Assembly: GCA_046563655.1 (NCBI GenBank)
Contig: JAJCTO010000009.1
Coordinates: forward strand, 1,302,001 to 1,340,924
From: Yuukianura sp. NJ FZ-2021
Lineage: Eukaryota
Length of the DNA: 38,924 bases
Direction of reading: 5' to 3'
Both the position numbers and the translations under genes were made by a program. The notes under the pieces are model-generated. The model saw only the letters and a list, made by a program, of their open reading frames with translations, did no database searches and was not told where the DNA came from. Below, piece after piece: positions 35,101-38,924 of this stretch (positions are counted from its first letter, which is position 1; every line of letters starts with the position of its first letter).

Positions 35101-38100
35101 TGCAGAGCAATGTTTCCTCTTACAAAATTCTAGAAAAACTGCCTTTCTAAATACCCACCTTTGATAGTGTACTCACATCAATTTCAAGTCGGTGAATCGG
35201 AATTTGCAATTAGATTTCACCGGAAATCCATATTTCTCGAGATACAGCCATTTTGTGAATTTGCAGAGCAATTTTCCCCCTACAAAATTCTAGAAAAACT
35301 ACCTTTCTAAATGTCCACCTTTGAAAGTGTACTCACATCAATTTCAAGTCGGTGAATCCGAATTTGCAATTAGATTTCACCGGAAATCCATATTTCTCGA
35401 GATACAGCCATTTTGTGAATTTGCAGAGCAATTTAACCCCCTTCAAAATTCTAGAAAAACTACCTTTCTAAATGTCCACATTTGAAAGTGTATTCACACC
35501 AATTTCAAGTCGGTGAATCCGAATTTGCAATTAGATTTCACCGGAAATCCATATTTCTCGAGATACAGCCATTTTGTGAATTTGCAGAGCAATTTAACCC
35601 CCTTCAAAATTCTAGAAAAACTACCTTTCTAAATGTCAACATTTGAAAGTGTATTCACACCAATTTCAAGTCGGTGAATCCGAATTTGCAATTAGATTTC
35701 ACCGGAAATCCATATTTCTCGAGATACAGCCATTTTGTGAATTTGCAGAGCAATTTTTCCCCTTACAAAGTTCTAGAAAAACTACCTTTCTAAATGTCCG
35801 CCTTTGAAAGTGTACTCACACCAATTTCAAGTCGGTGAATCCGAATTTGCAATTAGATTTCACCGGAAATCTATATTTCTCGAGATACAGCCATTTTGTG
35901 AATTTGCAGAGCAATTTTACCCCCTACAAAATTCTAGAAAAACTACCTTTCTAAATGTCCACCTTTGAAAGTGTACTCACACCAATTTCAAGTCGGTGAA
36001 TCCGAATTTGCAATTAGATTTCACCGGAAATCCATATTTCTCGAGATACAGCCATTTTGTGAATTTGCAGAGCAATTTTACCCCCTACAAAATTCTAGAA
36101 AAACTACCTTTCTAAATGTCCACCTTTGAAAGTGTACTCACACCAATTTCAAGTCGGTGAATCCGAATTGGCAAGTAGATTTCACCGGAAATCCATATTT
36201 CTCGAGATACAGCCATTTTGTGAATTTGCAGAGCAATTTTACCCCCTACAAAATTTTAGAAAAACTACCTTTCTAAATGTCCACCTTTGAAAGTGTACTC
36301 ACATCAATTTCAAGTCGGTGAATCCGAATTTGCAAGTAGATTTCACCGGCAATCCATATTTCTCGAGATACAGCCATTTTGTGAATTTGCAGAGCAATTT
36401 AACCCCCTTCAAAATTCTAGAAAAACTGCCTTTCTAAATACCCACCTTTGAAAGTGTACTCACATCAATTTCAAGTCGGTGAATCCGAATTTGCAAGTAG
36501 ATTTCACCGGAAATCCATATTTCTCGAGATACAGCCATTTTGTGAATTTGCAGAGCAATTTAACCCCCTTCAAAATTCTAGAAAAACTGCCTTTCTAAAT
36601 ACCCACCTTTGATAGTGTACTCACATCAATTTCAAGTCGGTGAATCGGAATTTGCAATTAGATTTCACCGGAAATCCATATTTCTCAAGATACAGCCATT
36701 TTGTGAATTTGCAGAGCAATTTAACCCCTTCAAAATTCTAAAAAAATTACTTTTCTAAATGTCCACCTATGAAAGTGTACTCACATCAATTTCAAGTCGG
36801 TGAATCGGAATTTGTAAGTAGATTTCACCGGCAATCCATATTTCTCGAGATACAGCCATTTTGTGAATTTGCAGAGCAATTTTACGCCCTACAAAATTCT
36901 AGAAAAACTACCTTTCTAAATGTCCACCTTTGAAAGTGTACTCACATCAATTTCAAGTCGGTGAATCCGAATTTGCAAGTAGATTTCACCGGAAATCCAT
37001 ATTTCTCGAGATACAGCCATTTTGTGAATTTGCAGAGCAATTTTACCCCCTACAAAATTTTAGAAAAACTACCTTTCTAAATGTCCACCTTTGAAAGTGT
37101 ACTCACATCAATTTCAAGTCGGTGAATCGGAATTTGCAATTAGATTTCACCGGAAATCCATATTTCTCAAGATACAGCCATTTTGTGAATTTGCAGAGCA
37201 ATTTAACCCCCTTCAAAATTCTAAAAAAAAATTACTTTTCTAAATGTCCACCTATGAAAGTGTACTCACATCAATTTCAAGTCGGTGAATCCGAATTTGC
37301 AATTAGATTTCACCGGCAATCCATATTTCTCGAGATACAGCCATTTTGTGAATTTGCAGAGCAATTTTCCCCCTACAAAATTCTAGAAAAACTACCTTTC
37401 TAAATGTCCACCTTTGAAAGTGTACTCACATCAATTTCAAGTCGGTGAATCCGAATTTGCAAGTAGATTTCACCGGAAATCCATATTTCTCGAGATACAG
37501 CCATTTTGTGAATTTGCAGAGCAATTTTACCCCTTCAAAATTTTAGAAAAACTACCTTTCTAAATGTCCACCTATGAAAGTGTACTCACATCAATTTCAA
37601 GTCGGTGAATCCGAATTTGCAAGTAGATTTCACCGGCAATCCATATTTCTCGAGATACAGCCATTTTGTGAATTTGCAGAGCAATTTAACCCCCTTCAAA
37701 ATTCTAGAAAAACTGCCTTTCTAAATGTCCACCTTTGAAAGTGTACTCACACCAATTTCAAGTCGGTGAATCCGAATTGGCAAGTAGATTTCACCGGAAA
37801 TCCATATTTCTCGAGATACAGCCATTTTGTGAATTTGCAGAGCAATTTTACCCCTTCAAAATTTTAGAAAAACTACCTTTCTAAATGTCCACCTTTGAAA
37901 GTGTACTCACATCAATTTCAAGTCGGTGAATCCGAATTTGCAAGTAGATTTCACCGGCAATCCATATTTCTCGAGATACAGCCATTTTGTGAATTTGCAG
38001 GGCAATTTAACCCCCTTCAAAATTCTAGAAAAACTGCCTTTCTAAATACCCACCTTTGAAAGTGTACTCACATCAATTTCAAGTCGGTGAATCCGAATTT

Positions 38101-38924
38101 GCAAGTAGATTTCACCGGAAATCCATATTTCTCGAGATACAGCCAAGATACAGCCATTTTGTGAATTTGCAGAGCAATTTAACCCCCTTCAAAATTCTAG
38201 AAAAACTGCCTTTCTAAATACCCACCTTTGATAGTGTACTCACATCAATTTCAAGTCGGTGAATCGGAATTTGCAATTAGATTTCACCGGAAATCCATAT
38301 TTCTCAAGATACAGCCATTTTGTGAATTTGCAGAGCAATTTAACCCCCTTCAAAATTCTAAAAAAAATTACTTTTCTAAATGTCCACCTATGAAAGTGTA
38401 CTCACATCAATTTCAAGTCGGTGAATCCGAATTTGCAAGTAGATTTCACCGGCAATCCATATTTCTCGAGATACAGCCATTTTGTGAATTTGCAGAGCAA
38501 TTTTACCCCCTACAAAATTCTAGAAAAACTACCTTTCTAAATGTCCACCTTTGAAAGTGTACTCACATCAATTTCAAGTTGGTGAATCGGAATTTGCAAT
38601 TAGATTTCACCGGAAATCCATATTTCTCGAGATACAGCCATTTTGTGAATTTGCAGAGCAATTTTACGGCCTACAAAATTTTAGAAAAACTACCTTTCTA
38701 AATGTCCACCTTTGAAAGTGTACTCACATCAATTTCAAGTCGGTGAATCGGAATTTGCAATTAGATTTCACCGGAAATCCATATTTCTCAAGATACAGCC
38801 ATTTTGTGAATTTGCAGAGCAATTTAACCCCCTTCAAAATTCTAGAAAAACTGCCTTTCTAAATGTCCACCTATGAAAGTGTACTCACATCAATTTCAAG
38901 TCGGTGAATCCGAATTTGCAAGTA
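32155..38924. repeat. Satellite C, ~161-bp tandem monomer (mostly 160-163), ~42 copies, running off the right edge
   Basis: caccgg(a/c)aatccatatttctc recurs at 32160, 32321, 32481, 32641, 32803 and onward. It is more heterogeneous than SatB. Confidence 0.98.

Noticed and set aside
32584..38554. 93-108-aa ORFs in SatC
   Set aside because: These are chance read-throughs at length-variant monomers. The usual 160/161-bp units break the frame.
21885..38924. CRISPR-like array
   Set aside because: Whole monomers repeat head to tail with no unique spacers, and there are no cas genes.
1..38924. Assignment to named satellites or a species
   Set aside because: I do not recognise the monomers with confidence. 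A database search is required.

Overview
The window is non-coding eukaryotic heterochromatin, probably insect or other invertebrate (inferred only from the repeat architecture). I find no supportable protein, RNA or CRISPR genes, and every listed ORF lies inside repeats. Three unrelated satellite arrays abut directly: SatA (510-bp monomer, 1-~21887, with two sequence subtypes and a derived 276-bp short monomer forming 786/1062-bp higher-order units), SatB (196 bp, ~52 copies, ~21885-32118) and SatC (~161 bp, ~42 copies, 32155-end). SatA is interrupted by three ~1.0-1.2 kb copies of one non-autonomous rolling-circle element with Helentron/HINE (DINE-1-like) architecture: 11-bp subterminal inverted repeats, 5' hairpin, GTCY microsatellite, internal repeats and a 3' stem-loop. 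All three sit in T-runs with a net gain of exactly 2 T. One copy is nested in another, and one carries a 158-bp retroelement-like tail flanked by a 5-bp duplication. The array junctions and one internal deletion show microhomology or templated-insertion scars resembling polymerase-theta end joining.
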